DNA of 64,000 bases from contig CAVYVF010000001.1 in assembly GCA_963771885.1 (NCBI GenBank), positions 1 through 64,000 on the forward strand, read 5' to 3'. Of the stretch, positions 1 through 10,096 are shown in pieces. Each line of letters opens with the position of its first letter. Within the stretch, counting starts at the first letter, position 1. Source of the DNA: Candidatus Bathyarchaeota archaeon (lineage in GTDB: Archaea; Thermoproteota; Bathyarchaeia; TCS64). Below the pieces are notes generated by a model. That model was not told the origin of the DNA. It ran no database searches and saw nothing but the letters and a program-made list of their open reading frames with translations. Position numbers and translations under genes: made by a program.

Positions 1-122
1 ATAATCAATAATTTAATCCACACACACTTGACCCCTCCGGTATCGTCGCCGTCATCACCCATGACTGTAACGTACAACTATCTTAGTACCAAAGGTAGTA
101 CAAACTTGCCACATGTGTGAAA

Positions 123-132
123 CGCGCGCGCG
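123..132. repeat. Intergenic (CG)5 tract
   Basis: cgcgcgcgcg downstream of the stop at 180. Confidence 0.85.
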
Positions 133-179
133 AGGATTCAAGCGATGTGTGTAGATAAGAGTATTGAGTGAAAGTAAAG

Positions 180-714
180 TCAAGACGCCAACAATGATTT
201 CTTCCTATCTATGACCACATGCTCACCCTTCTCATCCAAAGCCATCACAAGCTGAAGAGAACCCGCATCAAACATCCCAGCAAACACCCTAACCACACCA
301 CCAGCCCTCGCCTTCACACCCACCCCATCAGGACAGGCCAACAAGCACAGAATCATAAGAACCCAACCTATCCAAAAACCCCTGATCAGACCAAGCAGGA
401 TTACCCATCAACGCGGCCACATCCTTATCCGCGGTCCACATACACCAGCCATCATTGAACTCAACACCCGCCTTGATCTTCCTCCCCTCAAGCAGCTTCC
501 TAAGCCTCTCAGCCTCGGCCATAATCGCGTTAGGCATCAACGACTTCTTACCCGTCCCCTCCTCCGTGACGACATCATAGACAGGCACAGAGCGATGATG
601 TGCGATAGCCATATTGGCGCAGCTCATACACCCGGTGATGAGGGTGCTCTTCGAGTCTTTGAGCAGCTCCATTATCTTCGTGTCAGGCAAAGTTACAGGA
701 TATTTAACAATAAG
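180..714 (-). CDS. Cys-motif protein resembling the N-terminal region of MetV/MTHFR-associated proteins; frameshift near 340
   Basis: ORF 328..690 (ITGCMSCA...GWCM...YDSVLV) continues after a 1-nt shift as LACPDGVGVKARAGGVVRVFAGMFDAG to a stop at 180. Pattern GCxxC...C...DxVLVLAC. Start codon uncertain. Confidence 0.5.
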
Positions 715-846
715 TTAACGTTGAAGAAACAAGTACAAATGATTTACGCGAGCGACTTTCAAGATTAGACTTTCAACACTACACGGTTGGGTTAGACTCT
801 AACCTTCTCCTGATTCGCAATACCAAAACTCATCTTCCTAACAATA

Positions 847-1080
847 TCAGGATACCTTCTCCATAAACCGGCTCATCAACTTATCAGACAAGAACTGGAA
901 ATCAGAAAGACAATCCCTAGACCACTCCAACTCCCGATACCTCTCAACAATGGGCTTAAACTTCGTCCAAGTATTAACAATCATATACGCCGTAGAGTCA
1001 TCAATCGCATCTAGATCGATGACTCCCGTCCTGTACTGCTGCTCTATAGAGTTGAAGGATGACATTACTGCGGCTCTCTT
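847..1080 (-). pseudogene. C-terminal fragment of a DUF4760-like archaeal multicopy protein
   Basis: NKRAAVMSSFNSI...GVIDLDAI...WTKFKPIVERYR...FQFLSDKLM aligns by eye with the C-terminal half of 1149..1701; no N-terminal TM half upstream. Confidence 0.5.
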
Positions 1081-1148
1081 GTTGTATGTTTTGTGTGTGC
1101 AATAACCTTATCCTAACTGGCACCCGACTCTAAATCAGGTGTAGTTTG

Positions 1149-1701
1149 ATGGTTGAACTAATAGTTATACAATCAATCTCCTATGTATTAGGGTACATCG
1201 GAGTTTTCATTGCGGGGCTGAGCTTTGCTTACAATACCGTGACAACAGCTAAGAACAGAAAGATCGCGTTGACGAACACCTGATGCAGACAATGGCATCC
1301 GAGGAGGGAGTGAGACGGCAAATCTTCCTCATGAACATGGAGTGGACGGACTTTGATGACTTCATTAAGAAGTATGACTCCCGGGTAAATGAGGAAAATT
1401 TCGCCAAGAGGCAGACTTTCATTTTTCACTGTAATTACCTGGGGTATTTAGATTCCGGGAGTCGTTGACATAGGCTCTGTGTTACCAATTAATTGGTGAA
1501 TCTGTAATGGATATGTGGTTGAGGTTAAAACCCATATTACATAGGTACATTGAGATCGGCGATTACGGTAAGGACTCTTTTGAGAACTTCGAGTTTCTTG
1601 CGAATGGAATGATCAGGGTGAAAACGTTGAAGGATCCTGGTTATGTGCGTAAGCGTATCGCTTTCCCTAGTGATAGAGATAGGTTTCAGGTGCCTGAGTA
1701 G
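1149..1701 (+). CDS. DUF4760-like membrane-anchored protein, broken by about 3 frameshifts
   Basis: Reconstructed MVELIVIQSISYVLGYIGVFIAGLSFAYN (TM)...MEWTDFDDFIKKYDSRVNEENFAKR...GVVDI...WLRLKPILHRY...FENFEFLANGM; joins ORFs 1283..1468 and 1507..1701. Confidence 0.55.
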
Positions 1702-1929
1702 GAAGAAAGGGTAGCAACGTCGAGGCACATAGACTGTGTTGCTATTATATGCGCGAATAATCGTTGAATATGCCCCTCTCTCGCAAGTTTCAATATCAAA
1801 GGCTCGACGTCTGCATATTAAACACGTATAGGCGTGATAAGCACTGAAGACTATCGCAAAGGATTAATCGTCTTCTTACTGTCAGACAACCAGAGTATAA
1901 AGGACCAAATAAAAACATACGCACTACTT

Positions 1930-2110
1930 TTTGAACGCCCTTCCATCTCCTCCACGCAGGCGTCCAAGTTTCGGTTGTATTCAACCAAGTCGGTTCCTTT
2001 GTCTCCTTATACTCTTCTTTTCGCATAGTTATCCGGGTTCACGGAGGAGTCATACTTCCTCTTAAAATCATCAAAGTCCTTCCACTGCATGACCCAGAGC
2101 TCGCTGGCGA
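1930..2110 (-). pseudogene. Internally deleted fragment of the same DUF4760-like family
   Basis: Minus strand reads ELWVMQWKDFDDFKRKYDSSVNPDNYAKRRV*, closely matching MEWTDFDDFIKKYDSRVNEENFAKR of 1149..1701. Confidence 0.6.
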
Positions 2111-2251
2111 AGTGTGTGAGGATAAGGCTATAGAGTGATAGTGTAGAATCGAGCCTTAATCAACGCTCAGGTGATAAGACCATTAGTTAGAACCAATGAT
2201 ATGTATGATTTTATATACAATAAATCTTATTTTTCAACCATGGGGGATTAG

Positions 2252-3112
2252 ATGAGAAATATGAAAATCAATCATAGTTTATTAGCGTTAGCAACTATTT
2301 TGATAATAGGGCAGCAACTAGTGGGTAGCGCATACGCCATCAAAAACGGCGCTCCGGATCAGGAGGAACATCCATACGTATGCTGGATTGCGACGTGGGA
2401 TGGAACTTCCGACTTCATCTACCTCGGTACAGGATCACTAATTACCTCAACAACCGTATTGACCGCTGGGCACATCACGCAGCCACCTGGAGATATCGCA
2501 TTCGCGTGGGTAAATAACGAACCAGAAGCGCAATGGATCGTAGAGAATAATAAAATTCTTGAATCGGAGAAGATAATCGCACTCGGGTGGCACAAAGTCC
2601 TAGCTTGGGAAGCTCATCCAGATTACAGAGCTGTCGGTGAAAAGGGAATAACCGATTGGATAACCCACGATGTCGGAATACTTACTCTTGAAGAACCGAT
2701 TCTCTTAGATGAATATGCTAGTTTGCCAGAACCAGGCTTCGTGGATACGTTACCTAAGAAGCAGGGAGTGGATATTGTGGGGTATGGTGTCCAGGTTCAG
2801 GTGAGGGGCCAGGGTATACCTCCGCCGGGGAATTGGGGCTTTATAAACTTTGGATATCGCTATGGCGCTATTGCCCAGCTGGTAGGGGGCAATGACGTGA
2901 TAAGTGATGAGTTCATGAGGTTGAGTGCTAACCCTGCAAAGGGGAAGGGTGGTACCGCCTTTGGTGATTCCGGTGGCCCTATCCTGCTTGCTGGGACGGA
3001 TACTGTTCTAGGGGTTTGCTCGTGGGGGACTAATAGCAACTTAGCGGGTATCTCGTATGAGCAGCGAATAGATACTGCGGATATACTCGATTGGATAAAA
3101 CACTTTTATTAA
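2252..3112 (+). CDS. Secreted chymotrypsin/trypsin-fold (S1) serine protease
   Basis: Signal peptide ending AYA followed by IKNG; catalytic triad motifs LTAGH, HDVGIL, GDSGGP; SWG. Confidence 0.93.
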   Translation: MRNMKINHSLLALATILIIGQQLVGSAYAIKNGAPDQEEHPYVCWIATWDGTSDFIYLGTGSLITSTTVLTAGHITQPPGDIAFAWVNNEPEAQWIVENNKILESEKIIALGWHKVLAWEAHPDYRAVGEKGITDWITHDVGILTLEEPILLDEYASLPEPGFVDTLPKKQGVDIVGYGVQVQVRGQGIPPPGNWGFINFGYRYGAIAQLVGGNDVISDEFMRLSANPAKGKGGTAFGDSGGPILLAGTDTVLGVCSWGTNSNLAGISYEQRIDTADILDWIKHFY

Positions 3113-3205
3113 AAGCAAGTAAATTGAATAAAATTACGCACGCTCGGGCGATTCGAATTATTCGTGTGCGCGCTCAAAAATTATATCGTTGAATAAATTT
3201 GAGGA

Positions 3206-3430
3206 TTATTTCCCCCATGGATTTAATAAATCACCTAAAAACTTCATTAATTTATCTAAATATTCATTTAAAATGGTGCCCGGCCACGCAGCCATTGCTA
3301 TAAGGACTGTGCTGAAAATGCCGAAACCCCAGATCAATCCACGCACGTTAGAGGGTAAGCGCATATAAAGGGAATCAAAAAAGTTGTTTACCGCACTAAC
3401 GCCATTACCTAACCATTGAAAGAAACCCAT
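3206..3430 (-). CDS. Small membrane protein, hypothetical
   Basis: 74 aa, one hydrophobic helix (LIWGFGIFSTVLIAMAAW); TATA-like TTTATATA upstream. Confidence 0.6.
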   Translation of the reverse strand: MGFFQWLGNGVSAVNNFFDSLYMRLPSNVRGLIWGFGIFSTVLIAMAAWPGTILNEYLDKLMKFLGDLLNPWGK

Positions 3431-3495
3431 TTTTTAAACAAAGCTTTATCGTCTATTTATATATATAAAATTATTTGGGTTGAGGTATGAAATTT

Positions 3496-3521
3496 GCGCG
3501 CGCGCCAATTTCCGAGCGCGT
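3496..3521. repeat. Paired intergenic (GC)n tracts
   Basis: gcgcgcgcgc...gcgcgt in an AT-rich spacer. Confidence 0.85.
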
Positions 3522-3567
3522 ATTGAGTATTAGATCTTTCAGAATCGACATTCTCACCAGTAAATTG

Positions 3568-4017
3568 TTATACGTAATTGATTTTTATTTCTCGACTGGT
3601 ATTAACATCAAAGCCCATACTGATGTCTAGTTTTCCCTCGACCTTGTAATTCTTAGATGGTGGGGAGTTATCCTTGGTTATAGATTTCCATAATCCGCCT
3701 ATTGGGTTGAACGGGGCACCACGGGACGGAGCTAGTAAGCTGAATTGGTAGGTCATGAGTTGACCAGCTGGGTATTCCTTCTCAACGTCCAGGGGGGCCC
3801 TGCTCCACGTGTGTGTATAATTCGTAGTGGTGGACTTTCCCTTCGAGTTTCGTCCCGTCTTTGTCTCTGTACTGGTTAGCTCAACGAAGACACCTTTGCT
3901 CTTCATAGGTTTGTCTAGTAGGAGGGTGACTGTGCCCGTTATCGTCTCGCCTGGGGCGTACACAGTCTTAGGTATCTCAACTTCAATCTTAGTCAAATCG
4001 TTAATTATTTGACTCAT
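3568..4017 (-). CDS. Single-domain arrestin-N / Spo0M-like beta-sandwich protein
   Basis: IEVEIPKTVYAPGETITGTVTL...KGVFVELT...YPAGQLMTYQFSLLAP...YKVEGKLDISMGFD follows the arrestin_N/Spo0M pattern; no signal peptide. Confidence 0.75.
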   Translation of the reverse strand: MSQIINDLTKIEVEIPKTVYAPGETITGTVTLLLDKPMKSKGVFVELTSTETKTGRNSKGKSTTTNYTHTWSRAPLDVEKEYPAGQLMTYQFSLLAPSRGAPFNPIGGLWKSITKDNSPPSKNYKVEGKLDISMGFDVNTSREIKINYV

Positions 4018-4133
4018 TTTATATTAAACATTTTATCGTTACGCTTGTATTGATTTTTTCCGGGTAAGAATCGCTTCAAATAAGATGGGGCTAATGCCGA
4101 GCGCGCAATCGCGCGTGCGTTTTCTGCCTTTAC

Positions 4134-4988
4134 TTATGGCATGAACACAAGGAAGATCGCCGTGTTCATCAACAGCATTATTATGCTGTGTTTAAGACCA
4201 GGCCAGATGGTGCCAGAGCTTAGCTTCGCCGCGATCAGCCCACCGAAGGCCGCCTCCATGATTGCTAGGTCATAGAGCAGAATCTTTAGCTGCTCCTTGG
4301 TAACAGCGACCTTGAGAATAGGACTCTGTATATCAAGCAGCTGCTGCAGACTTCCATATAGCATAATCATCATGGCCAGGAACACGATCAGCGTAGTGTA
4401 TATTATCGTAAGATAGGGCCGCATCTCCTCATTCCTGTCGTCTCGCGCCTCAAGCATCTTCCTAAGGAAGTCGGCGGTGGAGAGGAATGTCGTCTTCAGG
4501 TCTCCACCTAACTCTATTGAGGAGAGCAGCAGAGCCGTGGTTTTCTGGGCCATATCGGTTCCCATGCGATCCGAGAACTTTACGAATGCCTGGTCAAGAG
4601 GGACACCCCAACTCATCTGACTGACTAGTATTTTTAGCTCTCTCGTTATCCAGCCGTAGTCCTTCTTTGCGGCCTCTTCAATCGCCTCGATGAGAGTCAT
4701 CCCACTCATCATCCCCTCCGAAATCTCCTCGAGCACCCTTGGCAGAGCTTTATCGATTTCGTTTTTCCTTACGTCCTGGAGTATCATGATGAATGCGGGA
4801 AGTATCATAGCGACTACTAACCCAATAGCTATGAACATATGGGACTGATACTGATTAATTGTATTTGATAGGAAAAGTAGGTATCCAAAGCCGCCTACTC
4901 CAATACCTGCTAAAATGGATAAGCCTATGGCTACGGCCTTTAGCTTCTTGTTGAAGATTATATCGTTATTAATCGGTATTTTTACCAA
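4134..4988 (-). CDS. Type II secretion system F / TadC-like pilus platform membrane protein
   Basis: EIDKALPRVLEEISEGMMSGMTLIEAI...SWGVPLDQAF...ELGGDL; multiple TM helices; in operon with the ATPase. Confidence 0.9.
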   Translation of the reverse strand: MVKIPINNDIIFNKKLKAVAIGLSILAGIGVGGFGYLLFLSNTINQYQSHMFIAIGLVVAMILPAFIMILQDVRKNEIDKALPRVLEEISEGMMSGMTLIEAIEEAAKKDYGWITRELKILVSQMSWGVPLDQAFVKFSDRMGTDMAQKTTALLLSSIELGGDLKTTFLSTADFLRKMLEARDDRNEEMRPYLTIIYTTLIVFLAMMIMLYGSLQQLLDIQSPILKVAVTKEQLKILLYDLAIMEAAFGGLIAAKLSSGTIWPGLKHSIIMLLMNTAIFLVFMP

Positions 4989-5872
4989 TTCTGAGTCATC
5001 CCATCAATTAATAGTATAACCCCAATTGCTGCTACAGGGAAAATCGCATAAGTCATGAGCTGCATAAGCTGTACAGGTGAAAGCCCTCCACCGACCTCAC
5101 CCCCGAATATTCCCATCAACGAAAGTAGTACGACTAGTATGACAGGGAAGGCAATGCCAAGGGTGATGTATATCTCAGCAGCCATGTTTAGTTTATTCAC
5201 GATGTCCACAAGTTCCCTGCGCCTTACTTCTTGCTCGTGCTTCGCGGTCTCCTCGAGGTAAGTTTTAAGGTCTCCACCCGACTTTGTGATGCCCAGCAGT
5301 CCGTTCAGTAGCTTGAAGTATTTTTTAGAGGGCGTCCTCTTCGTCTCAGCCTCTATCGCAGATATTACGTCCTTCCCAAGCATGCTGATGTCACGGACGA
5401 TTGAGCGGGCACTCTGCCTTATCCCGTAGGTATCCTGGTTCTCGGCGAATGAGTTGAACACATCCTCGGTCATTACCCCGGCGCCAGCAAGCACACTCAT
5501 GTAATTGATTATATACACCATGTTCTTGTCTAGCTTCGCCTTTATCCCATCGGCTACCGACATGGGGTAATAGAGGAAACTAATTAGCGTAACAACGCCA
5601 ACGATCAACGGCGAAGCGAGTACGGTCATGAAATGGTCGGTCATGTTGAACATGGGTAGCACAATGAATGCAGCCGGTGTACTGATTAGGGCAGTAGCTA
5701 CGACGGCTATTACCGTCCAGAAGGTCATGCTACTGATGTAAACGACATGACTCATCCTGAGGCCTGCTCGGTCAAGTTGCTGCTTCACAAAGTCGTTCAG
5801 CGGCAACTTCCTCGAAGGCAGGTCGCCGAAGACGCGGTAGCCGATGCTATGGAGGTTATTGATCCTCTTCAA
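4982..5872 (-). CDS. Type II secretion system F / TadB-TadC-like pilus platform membrane protein
   Basis: INYMSVLAGAG...LGKDVISAI...TPSKKY...KSGGDLKTYL; TM helices; overlaps both neighbours. Confidence 0.9.
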   Translation of the reverse strand: MKRINNLHSIGYRVFGDLPSRKLPLNDFVKQQLDRAGLRMSHVVYISSMTFWTVIAVVATALISTPAAFIVLPMFNMTDHFMTVLASPLIVGVVTLISFLYYPMSVADGIKAKLDKNMVYIINYMSVLAGAGVMTEDVFNSFAENQDTYGIRQSARSIVRDISMLGKDVISAIEAETKRTPSKKYFKLLNGLLGITKSGGDLKTYLEETAKHEQEVRRRELVDIVNKLNMAAEIYITLGIAFPVILVVLLSLMGIFGGEVGGGLSPVQLMQLMTYAIFPVAAIGVILLIDGMTQNW

Positions 5873-7524
5873 CTACTACATCTTCCTCCTTCATCAGACT
5901 GTCCCTAGCGTTCTCCGGGGTACTCATGTATTCCCTGAGTACCTGCGTCACTTCGCCATAGCTCCTCTTGCTGTGGTTAACGAGGTAGGCGAGCATCTCT
6001 GCCCTCGCGTCTATGTCAGCTTGAGCCTGCTCTAGGGTGATGCCCTTCATAATAGCGGCCTTCCTAAGGTAGTGGCTCTGATGGGGCATCTCCCAGCTAT
6101 CGGTCTTCGGGTCCCAATCGAACAGACTCTGAACCTGAATCTCGTTGTCGTCGCCCAACCCCTGCACCTCAGCGGCGGATATGATTCTGCGCCCTGGGCG
6201 TCCATTGATTTCGCGGCGAGCCATGATGACGATCATGTTTAAGCCGGATATCATCATGCGGGGGATGTTCATCGGCTCCGTCTCGAGTCTACGTAGAGCG
6301 GAGTTGACCGACTCGGCGTGAAGCGTTGCTAGACCGAGGTGGCCGGTCGACATAGCCTGGAAGAGCGTGTACGCTTCCTCTCCACGTATCTCACCTACGA
6401 GGATGTAATCAGGGCGTTGACGCATAGCTGCCTTGAGTAGGTCGAATAGGTTGATGCCCTCCGTCGAACCCGTGCCTGGCCTCGTTACTGCCCTAATCCA
6501 GTTCTGGTGGTGCAGTTGAACCTCGGGCGTATCCTCAATGGTGATTATCTTAGCGTCGGGGGCGATGAAGGTGGCTAGGCCGTTAAGCATCGTCGTCTTG
6601 CCAGAGGCTACTCCTCCGCAGCAGAAGATGCTGATCTTGTTCTCCACAAGATACCAGAATAGCCCAGCCATCTTTGCCGAGATCGTGTGGTTCTTGATCA
6701 GGTCGACTATCGTCAAGGGATCAGCCTTGAACTTACGTATCGTGAAGGTGCTGCCCTGCTTAGTAGCATACTTGCCATATGTCATCTGGGCTCGACTGCC
6801 GTCGGGCAGCGCTGCGTCTAGGAGGGGGTTGGCGACACTGATCATCCTCTTTGACTTGTACGCTAGCCTGATGACGTAGGAGTCGAGCTGCGTCTCATCG
6901 TTAAATATAATGCTAGTTGGGATTGACTCGTGGACCCTGTGCCAGATGTAGATCGGTATGTGAGGCCCGTTACAGCTAACGTCCTCGATTAGTGGATCCT
7001 TCATCATGATGTCTATCTTGTCGAAGTCGAGGTAGTCGCGGGTAAGATAATACATCAGTTTTTCCTTCTGGAAATCCTGAAGATTTAGCTTGTGTATCTT
7101 TTCCGCGTCACTAAGGCCATTCTTTAGTGACTCAATTGCCTTATCCCGACTACCCAACTCGGTTAGGGTCGTATCAATTGTTGAAGTGAAATAGTCTCTA
7201 ACGAGCTTGAGCGCTTTTAGTTCAACCTCTGATAATGTTGGCTCAATCGCATCATATTTTGTCTGTTTAGTAATCGGGTTCGTAGAAATTACAGCGTAAA
7301 CTTTCCCATCAACGATTGGATAAATATTCTTTAAAGTAATTCTATCAGGGATGTAAGCGCGCACAGGTGTAAAATCGAAGATTTTACTCTGTGTATTTTT
7401 TTGATCGTCAAGTACCTTCTGAAGTTCTTCTTGGAAAGCCTGAACGACCTCGGGCTTTCCCTTGAACGGGAGCCATTTCAGCCTTGTCTTTTTTAGCCTC
7501 GGTTATTACCTGTTGTTTGTCCAT
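5856..7524 (-). CDS. Archaeal type IV pilus assembly ATPase (PilB/FlaI/VirB11 family); frameshift in an A6 run near 7490
   Basis: Walker A GGVASGKTT, TIEDTPE, RQRPDYILVGEIRGEEA, TGH...TLHA. The frame stays open upstream of 7364 (KTRLKWLPFKGKPE...) and joins ATG 7524 after a 1-nt shift. Confidence 0.93.
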
Positions 7525-7606
7525 TTTCCGCACTCACATTCTCATTATAGTTGCTTTGATATTTTTTAAAAAAGAGAAAAAAGATATCGAGAGTTCAGTC
7601 TCCAGT

Positions 7607-8063
7607 TTACTTGAGTGGCGAAGTGAACGACTCGTAGTAGAATCCACGTCGTCGTGGTCACACGCACTACATAGGAGTATTGCCAGCTAGTTCGCGTCAG
7701 TCATCGAGACCAGCCACTACCACTGAGTGGACTTACCAATCTGTAGCGACGTCAGAGCAGTTCAGGAGTTGCACCATCGTATCGATAGATCCAAGCTCGA
7801 ACCAGCCGTGTTTGTCCTAACCCAGACGGACTCAATGATCGGCGTCAGTACTTCCAGTGTTACGAATCAGACAACGACGTACCAGTTGCTCAAGTCAACG
7901 CTATCAACCCTAAGCTGGGTCTGAGCCTGGCAGACTGGCTGCCGATCATGGACATGACCCACGAGTAGGTCAGAACAGATGCAGCGACCGCAATCGCGAT
8001 CAGAAGCAGCGTCGCAATCAGTGGACTGATACCCTTCCTATTCTTCATCGTTAGGAGTTTCAT
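7607..8063 (-). CDS. Archaeal type IV pilin with class III signal peptide; multiple frameshifts downstream of about 7930
   Basis: KNRKG|ISPLIATLLLIAIAVAASVLTYSWV; pieces in shifted frames read QTQLRVDSV, IRNTGS, IESVWVRTN, YSYVVRVTT, GFYYE. Confidence 0.88.
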
Positions 8064-8438
8064 ATTATTTTTCTCCGACTCAAAAGACATCACTTATCCT
8101 TTATATAATTTTTAGATTATGAATATATATCAACAATCCATAACAAAATAATCCAGTAGAATCAAATTCGATTTTAAATAGCTAAAAATAATAGGTTAAA
8201 AAGACTATGAAGTAATGATATAGACTCCAAATCCATATAATTTCAAATCAAATATTCGTTACAAACCATACGGGATCTGTGTGAGGAGCGACCTACGCCA
8301 ATCTCAAACGCACATATCTACAGGACAATGAGGCTAGAAACGACGTTCGCGCCGATAATCAACCCAATGAGGGTAATAACGCACGAAAACCCCTCATAAT
8401 TAGAAACATTAATTCCAAAATTATATATCTCAACTATT

Positions 8439-8657
8439 ATGTCCGTAAGACAGGCGACTAGTCAAGTGAATATTCAAAGGATATTAAGGCCATTATATGA
8501 TGGACAGTGGCATAAATTAGACGATTTAACCGTTAAAACCAAGGTTAACAAAGAAGTCGTACTTGAAATCGCCAACTCCCTAGAACACTACGGCCTCACT
8601 GAACTAAGCAAAGATAAACAGGCAGTTAGACTAAAAGAGGATTTTATACATCTATAA
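8439..8657 (+). CDS. Small winged-helix/HTH-like protein
   Basis: 72 aa: ILRPLYDGQWHKLDDLTVKTKVNKEVVLEIANSLEHYGLTE...VRL. Confidence 0.6.
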   Translation: MSVRQATSQVNIQRILRPLYDGQWHKLDDLTVKTKVNKEVVLEIANSLEHYGLTELSKDKQAVRLKEDFIHL

Positions 8658-8658
8658 C

Positions 8659-8913
8659 TCAGAGCATCTTTTCCATCTGGTCAAGCTGCTTTAGAAAGAC
8701 CCTGCCCTTATCAGTGATAATATAGGTGCTCTCATCGCCATTCTTAACGACGAGTTCCTTATCCATAAGAAACTTCAGAAACTCGGTTAAACGATTGAAA
8801 TTTAGATTGGACATATAGACGAGTCTGGTCTTATTCGCTCCACGGGGATTATTGGCAACTGTAAGAATGTCCCTCAGCACTTCAATTCGGTCTCGCCTTT
8901 TCCCAATCTGCAA
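8659..8913 (-). CDS. Archaeal winged-helix transcriptional regulator (HTH_45 type)
   Basis: RRDRIEVLRDIL...GANKTRLVYMSNLNF...LMDKELV...YIITDKGRVFL. Confidence 0.88.
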   Translation of the reverse strand: MQIGKRRDRIEVLRDILTVANNPRGANKTRLVYMSNLNFNRLTEFLKFLMDKELVVKNGDESTYIITDKGRVFLKQLDQMEKML

Positions 8914-8956
8914 GGTCTTTCCTCCTAGTTATACTGCAACTGCAAAAGTGACCATT

Positions 8957-8970
8957 TACTATTAATAGTA
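8957..8970. promoter_or_regulatory. Perfect 14-bp palindrome TACTATTAATAGTA, candidate operator
   Basis: Palindrome read directly, 44-57 nt upstream of the wHTH start, loosely flanked by CCAT...ATGG. Confidence 0.4.
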
Positions 8971-9413
8971 TTATGGATTTTAATACACATACGAATAATA
9001 TGGGTTAACTAGACATGTTTAGTTGATTAGCAATCCCGAATCCCACTAATATCTCAAAGTAAAAATGTAATAACAAATGCTACACAGACCTATTGAAGAT
9101 ACTAAGTATGCGTGTGCATCCATACACTCAAATTCAATAGCCACAGGTTTTCATTTACCCAGTAACTTTGCTTTTACCCACGCTAATATCATAAGACTTG
9201 GAAAAACTGAGGGCCTACTTATTAAAAAGTCATTAGACGAGGTTAATGAACATGTAAATTCGATCCAAAATATATTTCATTATCAACTCATTCGTTAAAC
9301 AGTCTTCCTCGTTTCGAGACAGGTATGTGATAAGTTGAATAAAAATAAATGAAAATACTTGCGTGGATATTTACATAAGCAAATCAATATTTTGATACTC
9401 TCACCAGGATAAT

Positions 9414-10082
9414 ATGTTTCACTGGGGATTTTCTATGAATTTCGCCAAGAGGTGGGAAAATAAGAGTGACTCACCCCCCCTCGAAAAAATTGTAGAAAAA
9501 GTAAACCCCTCAACCCCTCTTAAAGACAAGCTTGAATCATCTATTACAAGAATTGAGATAGAATGCAAACGCCTCGACCAATCATACGATCGACTTCAAA
9601 AACAAGACAAGTTATTGTTTGATAAGGCCGTTGAATGCTACAAAGAGCACGACCAGAAACGAGCCGGGGTCTACGCCACGGAGATCGCTGAGAACCGAAA
9701 ACTACAGAAGATGGTTCTCCAGGCGAAACTAGCCCTCGAAGTTGTCGCGTTACGTGCAAGAGCCTCAACTGAGCTCGGCGACATCGCCGTCACCCTCATG
9801 CCCGTTGTGAATACACTTAACGGGATCCAAGAAGGCATTGCCACAATCACACCCCAGACAGAGAAGAACATTGGTGAAATGGATGGGTTGTTAAACGGAA
9901 TGGTAATTGACCTCGGACTAGTGGTAACTGATCCATTCACCTTCCAGTCTTCAAACGAGGGCACATCGAAAATATTGGAGGAAGCTCAGACCATAGCGGA
10001 GTCGAAGATAAACAACAGCTTCCCAGCGCTACCCAGTAACCCGTTCGGTCAAACCATCAAAGAAAATGATTCAACACCATAA
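9414..10082 (+). CDS. cdvB: ESCRT-III / Snf7-family protein (CdvB1/B2-like)
   Basis: NFAKRW...PLKDKLESSITRI...RAGVYATEIAENRK...AKLALEVVALR...ELGDIAVTLMP...KILEEAQTIAE...FPALP follows the thaumarchaeal CdvB-paralogue pattern. Likely start ATG 9435. Confidence 0.9.
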   Translation: MFHWGFSMNFAKRWENKSDSPPLEKIVEKVNPSTPLKDKLESSITRIEIECKRLDQSYDRLQKQDKLLFDKAVECYKEHDQKRAGVYATEIAENRKLQKMVLQAKLALEVVALRARASTELGDIAVTLMPVVNTLNGIQEGIATITPQTEKNIGEMDGLLNGMVIDLGLVVTDPFTFQSSNEGTSKILEEAQTIAESKINNSFPALPSNPFGQTIKENDSTP

Positions 10083-10096
10083 AGGGATGATATCAA

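Noticed and set aside
4134..8063. Archaellum (fla/arl) operon
   Set aside because: No FlaH, FlaF/G or chemotaxis genes; two separate T2SS-F genes and a short pilin fit an adhesive type IV pilus.
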